A DNA stretch of 63,497 nt, the filler included, from Rhabdomonas costata (Eukaryota): the NCBI GenBank assembly GCA_019059605.1. It is 34 parts of 34 records of this genome, joined end to end, with 100 filler letters (N's around TTAATTAATTAA, not from the genome) between each part and the next. Parts side by side here need not be neighbours in the genome. Positions count along the whole stretch, not along the records: positions 1 to 1,763 come from JAHMHO010009282.1; positions 1,864 to 3,635 come from JAHMHO010009283.1; positions 3,736 to 5,506 come from JAHMHO010009284.1; positions 5,607 to 7,378 come from JAHMHO010009285.1; positions 7,479 to 9,249 come from JAHMHO010009286.1; positions 9,350 to 11,120 come from JAHMHO010009287.1; positions 11,221 to 12,991 come from JAHMHO010009288.1; 27 more parts are not named here. One strand, written 5' to 3'. Shown in pieces: positions 1 through 12,650 of this stretch (position 1 is its first letter; every line of letters begins with the position of its first letter). The notes beneath the pieces were generated by a model. It made no database searches. It saw nothing but the letters and a program-made list of their open reading frames with translations, and had not been told where the DNA came from. The translations under genes were made by a program, and so were the position numbers.

Positions 1-12
1 AGATGCGCCCAC

Positions 13-1611
13 CTGCGGGGTGAGAGAGGGTGGCGTGGGTGTAGCTCAGCCGCAGCCGCAGCTCCGGCGCGCTGCCCACGGCGCAGGTTCCGGCCCAGCT
101 GTGCACGGTGTCGTCCGCACGGCTGCTCGCGAAGACCAGGAAGGAGCCCCGCGTGCCCTCCCACTCCTCTGCCGCCCGCCCGCACAGCCCAGCGAAACCA
201 CAAAAAAAAAAACGAAAGAAATGCGCCATATGCATTCACGCTGGACAGCCATTTAATTTCATGCGTAGTGTCACTTGCTCTGCCTCGATGTCTCGCTTTT
301 TGTCACAGCGCAACGAATTGCTATATGTTAACGCAGAAAGCTGAACTTGAAGGGTTCTTCTCCAAAGCTCGTCTTCCCCATCCTCAACTGCGCACTCAAC
401 ACCGCACACGGATGAAGCCCAGAGGCCTTGCCGCATTTAGATAGCCCCTGGATGCAAATGGTGCCCACAGGAGGTCAGATTCCGATGCATACACAAAGAT
501 TGCAGCTCACAGGAAGTGTGGATTGGAAGCACTTTTGCCCTTGAGGAAGTGTGCCGATATCAGGGAAAGTGAGCGCCGCAGACGTGCCTTTTTGCACATC
601 TGAGACCACAAGGGTGGAAACAATGCCCTTAAGCAAGGAAGCAAGCAAGGCAAGCAAGGGGCCTGCGATGCTGGAAATTATGAGCACTGTGGATCAAAAA
701 GTTGGTCGCTTGGACCCCTTAACTCACAGATTCGTATTTTTTCCATACCGCTGCCCTGCAAGCAGCCAAGGCCTTGTGAACCACAGAAATCACGCGGTCC
801 CATTATTATTAGAAATGGCAGCAAATCGCATTTCTCGAGGTTCTGACTTGTTGACATTCACTTAAAAACAACCAACCAACCAACCAACCAACGAACCCAA
901 GGTTGGACTTCCCCAGAAATGGGGTGTTACGCGACGACGCGATTGCGCACTGACTTCTTTAGAAGAAGCAACAGGAAAAAGGGATCTACAGGGGGATCCC
1001 TGACAGTACCCCTCGGTGCACGCTGACTGAGAAAGAGAGAAACAGAGGCCCTGGGGCGCCGCAGACCTTGCCGGATGTATACGCGGATGACATCGCGGAG
1101 GGGCAGGGTGGCCCTGCGGACGGGCCTGTGGGTGCTGTAGACGTCAAACACGGCGACGCCCTCACCAGTGGCGACGTAGAGGTTATGGCACGGGTCCATG
1201 GTCAGGCTGCGGACCCGGGTCAGCCCCAGGTCCTTGTGCAGGACCAGTGTGGGGCTGCCCCAGGTGGTATCGAACGACACCACTTCCTCCGTGTCCTGCC
1301 CCGGAAACAAACAAAACGAAAGGGGACCAAAACGCCGCCCGTTATTGTAACACATTCAAATTTAGGGAAAGAATTACTGAGAATGGAGTTGGATGGAGAG
1401 AAAGGGGGAGAGGAGGTGTGCCCGGGGCGCCACAGACCTGAGAGGAGACATACAGGGCCTGCCCTCTGTCCTTGCGGTCCGAGCTGTACGGGAGGGGGCC
1501 CAGGATCAGCCCGTAAGGGTGCAAGATCTCCGGAGTGCGGCGGTGCGACGCCAGCTCCCGCACAAAGACCCGGCTGTGGTTGTGCCTGCTGCACGGCGCG
1601 AACTCCAGGAC
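13..1611 (-). CDS. Partial beta-propeller (NHL/strictosidine synthase-like) protein, 3 exons
   Basis: Exons ~1611-1438, 1295-1067 and 168-13 are joined by phase-consistent GT-AG introns: VLEFAPCS...ILHPYGLILG...ALYVSSQ|DTEEVV...RSLTMDPCHNLYVATGEGVAVFD...IRQ|EEWEG...FASSRADDTVHSW...LSHPA. The fold is inferred from repeat-like motifs. Confidence 0.7.
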
Positions 1612-1763
1612 CTTATGATTTTGATTTGGGTTCGCTACACAATCCATTCGTGGGGAAAACCTCCCCCACCTCACCAATCCCCCGATAGGGCCAAAGTCAC
1701 CCCCCGGGGGGGGTTAACCCCGTTATTCAGCAAAAGTCAAATTTTTGCAAGACCACCCCCCAC

Positions 1764-1863
1764 NNNNNNNNNNNNNNNNNNNNNNNNNNNNNNNNNNNNN
1801 NNNNNNNTTAATTAATTAANNNNNNNNNNNNNNNNNNNNNNNNNNNNNNNNNNNNNNNNNNNN
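1764..1863. other. Artificial contig linker N44-TTAATTAATTAA-N44 (first of 33, recurring about every 1.87 kb; last at 61628-61727)
   Basis: Identical 100-nt spacer with a palindromic 12-mer that has stops in all six frames. The flanking segments are all about 1.77 kb and unrelated, as expected for length-sorted concatenated contigs. Confidence 0.98.
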
Positions 1864-2222
1864 TCCATCGCCCACGCCTTCCGTACTATCTACAAAACGG
1901 AAGGTATCCTTACTCACCCGCTCGCTTTTTTGGTGGTGTGTTGATATGAGAGCGTGATTGGCGTCCGAGGCTGTGTGGTGGTGGTGGTGGTGGGAGTAAT
2001 GTGCGCGCAATAACAGACTGCATGGTTGAAGCTCCGTGACTGGAAGTGCATAGCCACATATTGGTCACACACGACAGGTGGTGCCGTGCACCACACCTCG
2101 TGTGCCGAAGTACACGGTGGTGCTTGCTCACTGTGACCGGACTGGTGCACCCTTATCATCTCATCTCATTCCAGCATCTTCCCCAATTGGTATGAACTTT
2201 GGGAGGCCACCATTCACCTTAG

Positions 2223-3515
2223 GAGATTGCGGCGAATTACATGGGAGAGCCCGTGTACGTCTGGAACTTGTACCCGCACCGCAACCTGCTGCACGAGGAC
2301 TGTGACTCCAGCGACCACACTCACACTGCAGTGAGGACAACCAACGAGGGGTGTGTGCCCGTCCCTGTCGCCCGCACCACGGCACCCGAAAACTGCCGCT
2401 ACAGTGACCAAGGCAAGCAGGCAAACGCCCGTATATAAAGCGAGTACTGTCGCAACTGAAAGCTGTGGTATCGGTGAAAACAGAATGATCCGGTGGGTAG
2501 GTCACCATGAAATAAACTCGTGGTGCACTATTTTCTTAGTTTTGGACCATGAGGTAGCAGGGCGATGTTAGTTTTGCGGCAATTGGGTTAAAGTCGGGTC
2601 AAGCACCACATGTACCAAGTACATATATCTGCATACTGTGGCATCAGTCAGTGTCGTAAGGGTTCCTACACAGTGGCCTCATCCACCAGACCGTACAACC
2701 CGAGTACATTTCGAACCAGCTCTTGCCGGTTGCCTCGACCACAGACATCAGCATCCGTGGTGGCGGCTAAACTGCTACGAAGGAACGACGTTCTTGCTTT
2801 GAGGCCCGCTGGTAGTCCCAATGAGGCCCGTTGCCCTCCCAAGCAACACGTCGACTCCCATGAGTGCGCTGCAAGTGGACCAGGCTGTGCTCGCCTTAGG
2901 GTGCCGCTGTGCTCGAGCTACACCGGGGTGTACGGCGGGCACGTGAACATGCAGACCTTCCTGAAGCAGGTGGCCTTCCTGCCCCCGCTGGGGGACTTCT
3001 TGGCCACGGGAAGCGACTGCGGCCATCTCTTCGTGTGGCACAAACAGACCGGTAAGTCTGTGTTTGTGAGGGGGTGAGTATCCCTCACACCTTCACAGCA
3101 AACAAGGAAGTGCACCTGCAGCGGGCCAGTTGAGGGTCGTTTGTTAAGGGCTCCGAGCAGCCTGCGTGTAGTATCGTTGGCCTACACGCAGCTGAGCTCA
3201 AACCCCCTCCAGTACAGGCTATGTTGCCGTTTCTGTGCTACTTGGTTGCTATCGCACCTTCCCAAGTCTCTCAAACTGCCCCGCTGGATGATCTGTCGTG
3301 CATGAATACATGGGGTACGTGCGAAGACTGTTGGAGGGTTACATGGGTTGATTCTTCTTTTGTTGACACCAGCCAAACCATACAAATAAAAAAAGGAAAG
3401 CTGGTGCAGGTCCTGGATGCGGACGAAAGTGTTGTGAACTGCATTGCGCCACACCCCTTCCACCCGTACCTCGCCACCAGTGGGATTGAGAATGACATCA
3501 AGATTTGGACTCCAG
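2223..3515 (+). CDS. Partial WD40 repeat protein, DCAF8/DCAF6/WDTC1-like C-terminal repeats
   Basis: Exons 2223-2350, 2900-3051 and 3396-3515 splice in phase: [14 protein letters not shown]...[16 protein letters not shown]...[57 protein letters not shown]. Confidence 0.88.
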
Positions 3516-5757
3516 GTGCAATGCACTAACAGCAGCTTTGCCCCGGCCCTGTCTTTCTCATACCTGCCCATTCTCTTTGTATTCTTTCCCACTTCCCTGC
3601 ATCCCTGCATTCTTCTTCCTCTCAACACACCACACNNNNNNNNNNNNNNNNNNNNNNNNNNNNNNNNNNNNNNNNNNNNTTAATTAATTAANNNNNNNNN
3701 NNNNNNNNNNNNNNNNNNNNNNNNNNNNNNNNNNNAGCTGGCGTGGCTCCGTGAGGTGGGGGAACCCCTGGGGTGGGTCTCTGATTATCCCGTGGTGGTT
3801 AGCGTTGCTCAAAAGCTCGTTTGCTGCTCCGCTGCGTCGGAAGGAGTGACGCTCTTAGTGCAGACGCTGCTGAGGAACGCTTGCCTGGGGTTTGAGGCCA
3901 CACTGGGCCCCAAGGCGGCAGAGACAGTGAACGCACGGACGTTGTTGGAGGCGGGTCTTCGGAGCACAGCAGGTTCGGTGGTGTGCTCCGAAGTAACCGG
4001 GACCCCCGCTGTTACATAGCTGCAAGTAGCGACGGCTGCCTGATTTGCGAAGAACTCTGATCCGTTGATTCTGGTGGTCGCAGCCATCGCGGGGCCTGTG
4101 TCGCACGCTGATTTCTTTTTGCATTTCCTATGGTAAGTGAGTCTCCTCTCACCACCACCATTCATGGGTCTGCAACAATGTAACAGTTCCAAAGGAAAGC
4201 TGGAAGTTCGCCACCCTTGTGCGCAATTGTTAATGCTTGTAACCGCTCTAGCAGATGCTGGATTTCTTAATATTTATGTTGGCAACCTCGCGCAGTGACT
4301 TTGTCTGTCTGATCACGTGTTTGCGCGAAAATCATTTTTGGGTGAAATCTCTGATGATCAATACCTGCAACCCCAACCAGGGTAGAGTTTCACATTGACA
4401 CCTGGAAATCGCGCGTGTCGATCATAATGCTTCAACGGGGGTCAAGCTTGCGTTGTGGACGCATTCTTATTGTGCCGTGAGCCGCCTTCGTCATCAAAGG
4501 TCTCGCAAGCGTTGACCCAAGCTGTTCATGCGGCGCATGCTTTTTGCAACAACAATAACTACAACAACCCTTGTCTGCACATTTCCGCTGCGCGAGTGCC
4601 GCCTAGCAAGTATTTCTCTTTTTGATGCCCGCAGGGAGGCCAGCCGACGCCCATTTTGATGCCAGCAGGAATCACTCCTGAGGGCTACGCTTCGGCAGCC
4701 CAAGCAGCCCCGGCCGAAAGCTTAACCCCAGCCTGGAGGCCGGAAAAGGGCCAAAATGGCCCTTTCACCAGGGAGGGCCAAAAAGACCGAAAAACGGCCC
4801 AAAATGACCCCCAAACGACCCAAAACTCTTGTAGGACACTTCTCGGCGCGCCGCACTCTGGAGCCGATCCGGCCGATTGCTTGCGTCTTGCCGGCTGGCC
4901 CCAATGGGGCTTACAGGGAATGGACACTGTACCATCATTACGCGCTTCAAGCCTTCCTATGGGAAATCTCCCCTATCACGCGGTTGCCCAGAATACCGGC
5001 CGCCTTCCCCCCGATGGGTGGGCGCCGCTGGAAACCCAAAAAAGAGAACAACTTTTACATAACACCTTCCCGTCTGGGGCTGTTTCCCGCTACGCCCCTT
5101 TTGAATTGCCAACGCATACGTCGAAAAGGAAGGCCCTTGTTCCCGGCCAAACCAAAGAAATTGCGGGCGCAAATGGCGTCAAAGGCGGCCAACGTTCGCA
5201 GCAAAGTTTATATGGAAACCTTTTTAGCACAAAGCTCAGTCAAAGTGGACCATAATGATACACAAAACGAACCAGTCTCGCCGAAACAAGATGGAAAAGC
5301 GCACGTGCCGCGGCAAAAGCCGTTTGCAAAAAAGAAAGCACGCCTGGATGGCTTTATAAAAAAGGTGTGCCCGACTGAAAAAGGAGCGGAATATTGCTAG
5401 AATCTGCGTTGGAATGGTAGATTTTTCCATACGCCCGTGCTCCTTTTACCACCCGTCACATCCCCATCCACATTCTTTGCCCTATAAATTCCGCATACCA
5501 ACAACCNNNNNNNNNNNNNNNNNNNNNNNNNNNNNNNNNNNNNNNNNNNNTTAATTAATTAANNNNNNNNNNNNNNNNNNNNNNNNNNNNNNNNNNNNNN
5601 NNNNNNCTACCGTGCGTCCTCTTTGCGTTCGCGGTTGGTAAGTGCAAAATCCCCGAACGCCCAGACGTGTCGTGTCTTTCACTTGCCCGCTTCTGTTGGC
5701 GCCCCTCTGGTTTTGTTCATCATTTGCCCATTTTGCGCCTTACAATCGCAGCAACGT

Positions 5758-5802
5758 AACTGAACTGAACTGAACTGAAATGAACTGAACTGAACTGAAC
5801 TG
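5758..5802. repeat. (TGAAC)n microsatellite, about 9 units
   Basis: Read directly from the sequence. Confidence 0.95.
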
Positions 5803-6186
5803 CATCGAGCTTCTGAACTCAACTGTATCCATGCTTATGGATGAGCTCCTCTTTTCCACAAGGGCTGTCGGCTGTTGCAGTGATGCAATGAAGTTTACCA
5901 CACGTGTTACGTTGCCAATTTATTTTGCGTGACATGGCATTCCGCATCAACGTAGGTCATACCAAATGCACCACAATACAAAAAAACGTCCACCTAGTTT
6001 CCTCGTTTCTGAGCTTTGACCGAATAATGTGAGCACCAGAATGCCCATTGCGCATGGAAAAATACACAACGGAGGAACAAAGCTCATCATTGAGTCCACG
6101 GTGATGCAACAGCCCCAAAAAAAACAGAGAACAAAAAGCTGAGCCCAGCGTTCCGGACTCCTGATGAACGCCATAGAGGGGAGACG

Positions 6187-6222
6187 TAACCCTAACCCCT
6201 AACCCTAACCCTCACCCTAACC
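6187..6222. repeat. Interstitial telomere-like (TAACCC)n, about 6 imperfect units
   Basis: taaccctaacccctaaccctaaccctcaccctaacc, i.e. TTAGGG repeats on the minus strand. Confidence 0.85.
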
Positions 6223-6506
6223 TCACATTGTTTATGTGACAAGGAAGGACATTTGAGAAGGCGTGAAAAAACATCAGAAAAATGCAAGTGAGTTGGCCAA
6301 AGGCGTCAAAGACAGGTTCACACCATGATCCAAGGAAAGGGCACAGCTAGATGACTCTGAGGAAGCAAAATCACTAAAACAAAGACAACAGAAACCTTGG
6401 TGTCAACGCACTTCCACGAATGAAAACGGCGAAGCCCAAAATGCATTACACACCCAACTTCCTTCCAAAAACTGGTTTCCGTGCTTCCTTTTCTGCTTAC
6501 GATAAC

Positions 6507-7117
6507 TCAGTGAAGCGCTTCCACCGGCCAACGCCCTGAGTTGCACTGGTGTGGGAACGCGCCGGCGGGGATGAGAAAGTGCAAGGCGTGGTGATCGGGG
6601 AGCGTGCCCCCAGTGGGGGTAGAAAGGGGCAGTCGTCATCCTCTGCCTCTGCTGCAGCGCTACCGAAAGGACGGGCGTCTCCAACAGTATCTTTGGAATT
6701 GGCTTGCCCAGACCTGTGAATACCCAACCACTCTTCACTACGCTCCCCACAAGGAGACAAGAGACATGGTTTCCTGCATGCCAATTTGATTTGACAATTG
6801 CTGTACACACACAATTTGACAATTTGACAATTTGATGAAAAGTCAACGGCCCAGAAAAAGTAAAGTAGAGATTCGAACAATGGGGAGGGGGGCACCACGG
6901 AGACACAAATCAATGAAAGCACACTATCGCAGAGAGTGAAAAAGAGGAGGAAGTGAATCGATGAAAAGCGAAGGACGGAGCGCAGAAAGATGGAAACCTC
7001 TTCTTCTCGACCTGCACCAGGTCAACCACGACCTGCAGCAGGCTTTTGTGTTGCCCTTGCAGCTCCTTCAGGAGACTCAGCACATCCGCAGAAGAGAACG
7101 AAGGGTCCTCCTCCACC
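6507..7117 (-). CDS. Hypothetical protein, 2 internal exons
   Basis: Exons 7117-6998 (VEEDPSFSSADVLSLLKELQGQHKSLLQVVVDLVQVEKKR) and 6713-~6507 join in phase 2 across a GT-AG intron. Confidence 0.5.
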
Positions 7118-8329
7118 CTGTGGATTGGATGTAATCCACAAGAAAAAAAGAGCTTGCATCCGTGCGAGAGACTGCATTCATATCCACCTTGTGAGCCGAA
7201 CCCACTGCGTCAGCAATGTGCCTTTCGCGCGCAAACCAACCTGCACATTAGGGGGTGTACAACTTTTACACCTACGCAGTGGCGTACCTGTTGTCTCCCT
7301 CGACAGCAGGTGCAAGCCTCCTCCGCCTCCCCCACCGTCCTCACACACCACTCTGTGCATTGAATGTTTCCCCCGTAANNNNNNNNNNNNNNNNNNNNNN
7401 NNNNNNNNNNNNNNNNNNNNNNTTAATTAATTAANNNNNNNNNNNNNNNNNNNNNNNNNNNNNNNNNNNNNNNNNNNNAAATGCAGAGGCGCGAGGGGAG
7501 GGGGGGTGAGAAGGGTGCCCTTATCCTTTCTGTAATTTTGTCGAGGCTTGGAACGAACAACTTCATGCGTAATTACAAAAACACAATCATAGGTATTCCC
7601 CTCCATAATGAGCCTTCTTCAAAGGCTTGAAGCGACACTATGAAGGCACATCTGACATCAAGCATACTATTTTGTAGCGCATAGCGCAACACTTCTTCTG
7701 CAGCTCGAAGCTCCTACGTGTCACGAGCTTTTTGTCGTGATGCCCTTCATTTTTTCGAGTACACCACCTCTCCGGCCCAAATATCTATAAATATCGGGTC
7801 CTTTCCATTAGTGCTCCTGCTAACAGTCGAACAGACAAGACACCATACATCGCATGGGAACCTCCCGAAACACGTGAACGTGGGACCGGCTTTCACCAAA
7901 CTTCGTACTTCAACAGAGTTAAGTCATTGCGTCCTTGGATGTTGTGAAGGTCATCGAGGAGGGAGATGCAATTCTGTCACTAACACGTTTTGACACCCGT
8001 TATGCGGTTTCCTGACTGCAGTCCTGACACGGCCGAGCATAGTTCTGACAGAATGGCCCACCACAACCTAAGACTCACGCAACAAGATCCTGCGTTTCCA
8101 AAAAAACTATCGGGACATTTTGACGGGACACCCGGTAGCACTTCAAAAATACTGATTGCCTTAGGACTGGTCTGTTGGCGGATGTGATGGACGAGATGGA
8201 CCACAAGTAAAGGAGCGGAGGAAAAATGGTCACCACCGGAGGCCCGTACCCTTTTACCTTTGCCCCTCGTCCCGGCGAGAAGACGACCAAAAAGGAAGGG
8301 GTCGCGGACACCTGAGCAAAAACGTGCAC

Positions 8330-9237
8330 CGCTCGACGACCTCCTCCAGGCCTCCTCCGGTGCCCGCCCCCGATGGCTCCCCCACGGAAGACTGCTGCCC
8401 AGAGGACAGGGAAGGCGGCTCCGCCTCACTGGTGGCGCTGCGGTCACGCTGGTCAATGAGCCAAGGCAGCAGGGACTCTACCAGCTTGTAGCAGGCCATG
8501 ACCTGTGAGGTGACCTTCACTATCACCGCGGGAGGGGAGGCAGAGGAGGAGTTGGTGGTGGTGGTACCCGGGGCCTTCTCTGTGCGGAAGCAGGCCGAGA
8601 TTGGGACCTGGCTGTGCTTCAGCACGGCGGCCAGAATGTACCTGCCGGGCGGCCAGGAAACGGAACATTACGACGACCCGCCACAAGAAGAAAAAGAAAT
8701 TTGAGGAACACAACGTCCACCCCTCGTACGCTTTCTGGTGCACAACGTTTCAAAAGTCCGACAAAAACGGGGGGCGTTCTGGACCGTTGTCTTTTACTTC
8801 CTGTCACCTGTCATCCGATGCGTGGGGGTTGTTCTGGCTTGATGTTAGTGCTGCCACTGCCGACACTGCTGCTACCGCTGCCCCGCCGCTGTATGGGGCA
8901 CACAGTGGCCTCGCTGCGAGGCATCTGTCTCAGTGTTGGGCGCTGACGTATCCTCTGAACTTGGGGCGTGTGCAAAACAAAAATCAACAGGTGCCCAGGG
9001 AGGAAGTGCGGTCAAGGAACTAGGAACTGTTGAATACAAATCGCTTAGCACTGCAGCACAGTGCAGTGCGAAAGCATCAGCTGCCAAGAATTCAGACGCT
9101 GGTCACCATTGAACTCACGCGTTCGTCGTGGGTTCAGAACGGGACTGAGGACGCAATGGGGTCAGATGGAGCTCACCTCATGGCCTCAGCCACCTTGGGC
9201 CCGCCCACGGGACTAGCCCGAGCCTCCCCGCGGATCG
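8330..9237 (-). CDS. Partial large protein, possibly a HERC/HECTD4-like helical region
   Basis: Exons 9237-9177 and 8641-8330 splice in phase (GT-AG) to give PVGGPKVAEAMRYILAAVLKHSQVP...; the family assignment is tentative. Confidence 0.55.
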
Positions 9238-11318
9238 CTACAAACAACANNNNNNNNNNNNNNNNNNNNNNNNNNNNNNNNNNNNNNNNNNNNTTAATTA
9301 ATTAANNNNNNNNNNNNNNNNNNNNNNNNNNNNNNNNNNNNNNNNNNNNTGTGTTGGGGATATGTGGTTGGGAAGCAGCAAGATGGACGAGAGAACTAAC
9401 TCTCTTGGTTTGAATCATATCGTGAAAAGCATTCACGTGCGAGAGACGGGGGCTCATTAGCAGTTCGAGTGATCACTATCGCTGGGTGACCTTTGCCACC
9501 TAGCCAGGCAGATTACATCCAGCGGCGAGGAAAGAGATGATGACAGATGATGACAACGGCCATCGTGTGAACCACAAAACGCATTTTGCAGCACCTTAAT
9601 CGCTCAAAAAGGGGCTAATTGTTTCACGCTGCTGAACGTTTTTGACTTTTTGGAATTGTCGTTGCTGGGCTTAGGCAGACAAATGGGACAATATTAATTA
9701 GGTGCGAAGGCCAGCGCCGCGGAGGCCAGTCAGCGGCGCGGCCGCAGCGGGCGGATGGGATGCTAAACGTTAAGCAGTGCCAAACGACCGAAGCAGACAA
9801 TTTTTTTTGGATGTTATTAAGGGCACTAGGGTTGTGTCAAATATCTCTAATTGCATTTATTTTTGCAAAGTGGTGTGAGGTATACTAATTTTCTGACTCC
9901 TAAACAGACGTAGTTTAATTTAAGAGACACGCTTAACGCCTCCACCCATGCAAACACAAAAAAAGACAACAGCCTTGGAGACTTGGGAAATAGGTCAGGG
10001 TGTTGATGAAACTGAATTTAAAAGAAATACCCCGCAATGGGACAGCCTCGTCGCAAAAAGCTCCCGACTCCAGCAGGTCACGTTTCCGAAGCTTTTGAAT
10101 CTGCAGAGCAACATTCCCTCCCAATGAATGATAGTAAATGAATTTTCGTTCTAATTGATACTTCGGAAGAGCCCAAACGCAAAACAACTGCTTCCAGGGT
10201 TCCAACTGAACTCCACCAATTTACTCATGGAACGCACAGGCCGCTGGATGATACCAGGTGACAGCAGAGAAGCCCGAAGAGAAGAGAGTATGAGACACGC
10301 CACACCTGTGGTGCAGACCATGGGTGAGGCGGCCCCACGGTGTCCACGAAGGCCTCGGACACGCGAGGTGCTCTTCTGGGAGCGGCCCACGGCGAGGGCA
10401 CTTCTAGGCTTGCCTGCACATACACAAACATTATGCAAGACGTGCACGACGCATTACTCGAGTCACCTTTCAAAAACACATAAGAAACGATGCTTAGAAA
10501 CAGATGGCAACTACCATTCCATCAAAAATGGGGAGAAAATGCCGATCGACACAGATCCAACGCACACACCACACGCACACAGCTCTAAAAAAGACTGTCG
10601 TGCTTGATCCAAGTTCACGATGTTCCATGATAATGGCATCCGGTGCGCCTTCGTGCACAATAACAACGTGCACAAGAGATCTACACTTGCCTGTTCAGAG
10701 AAGCAGCATCAACACGTACAGAAAAGGGAGCAGAAACTGCGTCTGTCCCACCGGGCACACGGACGTGGTGAGCCAAATGCAATCCACGAGGAAAAAGAGG
10801 CGAAAAGAATGATGGAGAGGGGGGATCGCGGGAAAGAGAAGGGCACGTGGAAGGACCGAGCAATCTGCGGCACTCCCAGCAGTGCCATCGTCGGGACCTT
10901 GGCAATGCGACACATGCTTCTCCAATGCGTGGACGGCACAAAGCTAGGAGAAGACAACATCAATGAGGTGACAGCTAAGTTCCCAACACACAGTCGTCAC
11001 CGGAAATCGAAACCCATGAAGCGGAGACTGCTCCTCGTCCATACGCCCCACCGTAGCAACGAAAGAAAATGGTAAGGAGCATAACGTTCATTTCAAAACT
11101 TCACTTCAGTCCAACCAACCNNNNNNNNNNNNNNNNNNNNNNNNNNNNNNNNNNNNNNNNNNNNTTAATTAATTAANNNNNNNNNNNNNNNNNNNNNNNN
11201 NNNNNNNNNNNNNNNNNNNNTTTGTTGTGTGCATCTCACTCAACTCTACTGCTTTCCATTATTTCCAGTTTTTCCTTCTTTACTGCCACTGGTGCCCTGA
11301 CGTGCTTTCTTGCCTGAG

Positions 11319-12650
11319 AATGCCTCAGCTAAGTGGCTCGAAGACACCTGAGGGACAGACCACCCTCTCAATGAGGCCCGAGTTGGACTCCCACTACGGC
11401 ATTCGGGAGATCGACGACGACGACGGCATTCGGGAGATCGATGAGCCCCAGTTCTCAGCCGAAGGTCTGAGGGCTGTGTGGTGTCTTCTTCATGGACTGC
11501 CGCGGTCGGTCTGGACATTTAGGTAGGTTTAGTTGGCACCGCGTTGTGCGAAGCTTTTGGGGGCAGACGGAGACCCTTTCTAGGCCTTTGCAGGCGCCTC
11601 ACGGCTAGCTGCCAACCGCTGTAACAACCAGAATCCGCTAGGGCTTCCCTCCCTTCCGAGGGTTGAGAATGCTCTAAAACGGAGCCTTTGTTCGTTCGTC
11701 TGGATGGTAATTGAGGTGATTACCAAGCGATCCCCAAGCTGTTTTGGCATTGCCTCACCCACCGCCCAGAAAATACTTAAAATGGCATTTCCAGGTGTTT
11801 TTTTTTACATGACACCTTACATGACTTGGCCCCTTCCCCTTCAGCGGGCATGCCAATCCGATCTTTTCGCCATGAACGGCATAATGTGTCCCCCCCCCCC
11901 TTTATCCCAGATTTGCTCGAAAAGTTCCAGGCGAAGGATGAGGTCATCCGTGAACTTCAGACGAAAGTGGAGCTGCTGAACGCCCAGCTTCAGTCCTCAG
12001 ACGAGGCCCACGTCCGGGAGCTAGGTTTTCGAGACGGGTATGCCCCCCATCCCTCTCAGTCGTGGTCTGAAAAGATCTGAATACAAGACGAGCTTTTGCG
12101 CACTGTGTAGCATCGATGCATGCTCTCTTTCGAATGGGCGGGCCTTTCCTTCAGTTTGGTCGTTTGTTTGCGCTTGTTGCTCGTTCGTTCGTAGCAATGG
12201 CATTCCAACAATCATCGTCTTCGGAGGCCCAGCTCCCTACCCGAGCGGTCATTGCGAGATGACGAGGATGTCGTTGAAGTACCGCAAAGCACCAAAATGG
12301 GCAGATGCAAAGTGGAAGTGTCAAAGTGTCCAATTGAATATTGAAAAAAGTGTCCAAATGAATAGAATAAATGTCCCTTCCGTGCTTGGGCGGTCGCCCT
12401 GGTAAGTGGTTTGTGGCTTGACCTGAAAACCACGATTTCATATGACTTTTCTGTTAAAAGCCAAAACCAGAACTTCTCGTCACTTTTTGAAGAAACTCGC
12501 TTTTCACGATTCGCGCTCTTAACTTTTCTGAGCCATTTGTTTTTTAGAGCGCTGTCCGAGAAGGAGCAGAGGCTCCGTGAGATGGGGAACATGGTAGAAG
12601 AGTTGCAAGCCCAAACCCAGCTGCTCATCCAGCAACACAAAGCAACGGAG
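11319..12650 (+). CDS. Partial coiled-coil protein, 3 exons
   Basis: Exons ~11319-11464, 11911-12037 and 12548-12650 are phase-consistent: ...FSAEDLLEKFQAKDEVIRELQTKVELLNAQLQ...RDGALSEKEQRLREMGNMVEELQAQ. Confidence 0.72.

Noticed and set aside
2076-2222. Nonconventional euglenid-type intron upstream of the WD40 exon
   Set aside because: The upstream exon frame is ambiguous. Every confidently placed intron in the window is GT-AG or GC-AG, so there is no positive evidence.
4656-5400. Overlapping 199-aa and 214-aa ORFs as genes
   Set aside because: No recognisable motifs, and they lack the GC-rich third-position pattern of the real exons; probably non-coding repeat DNA.
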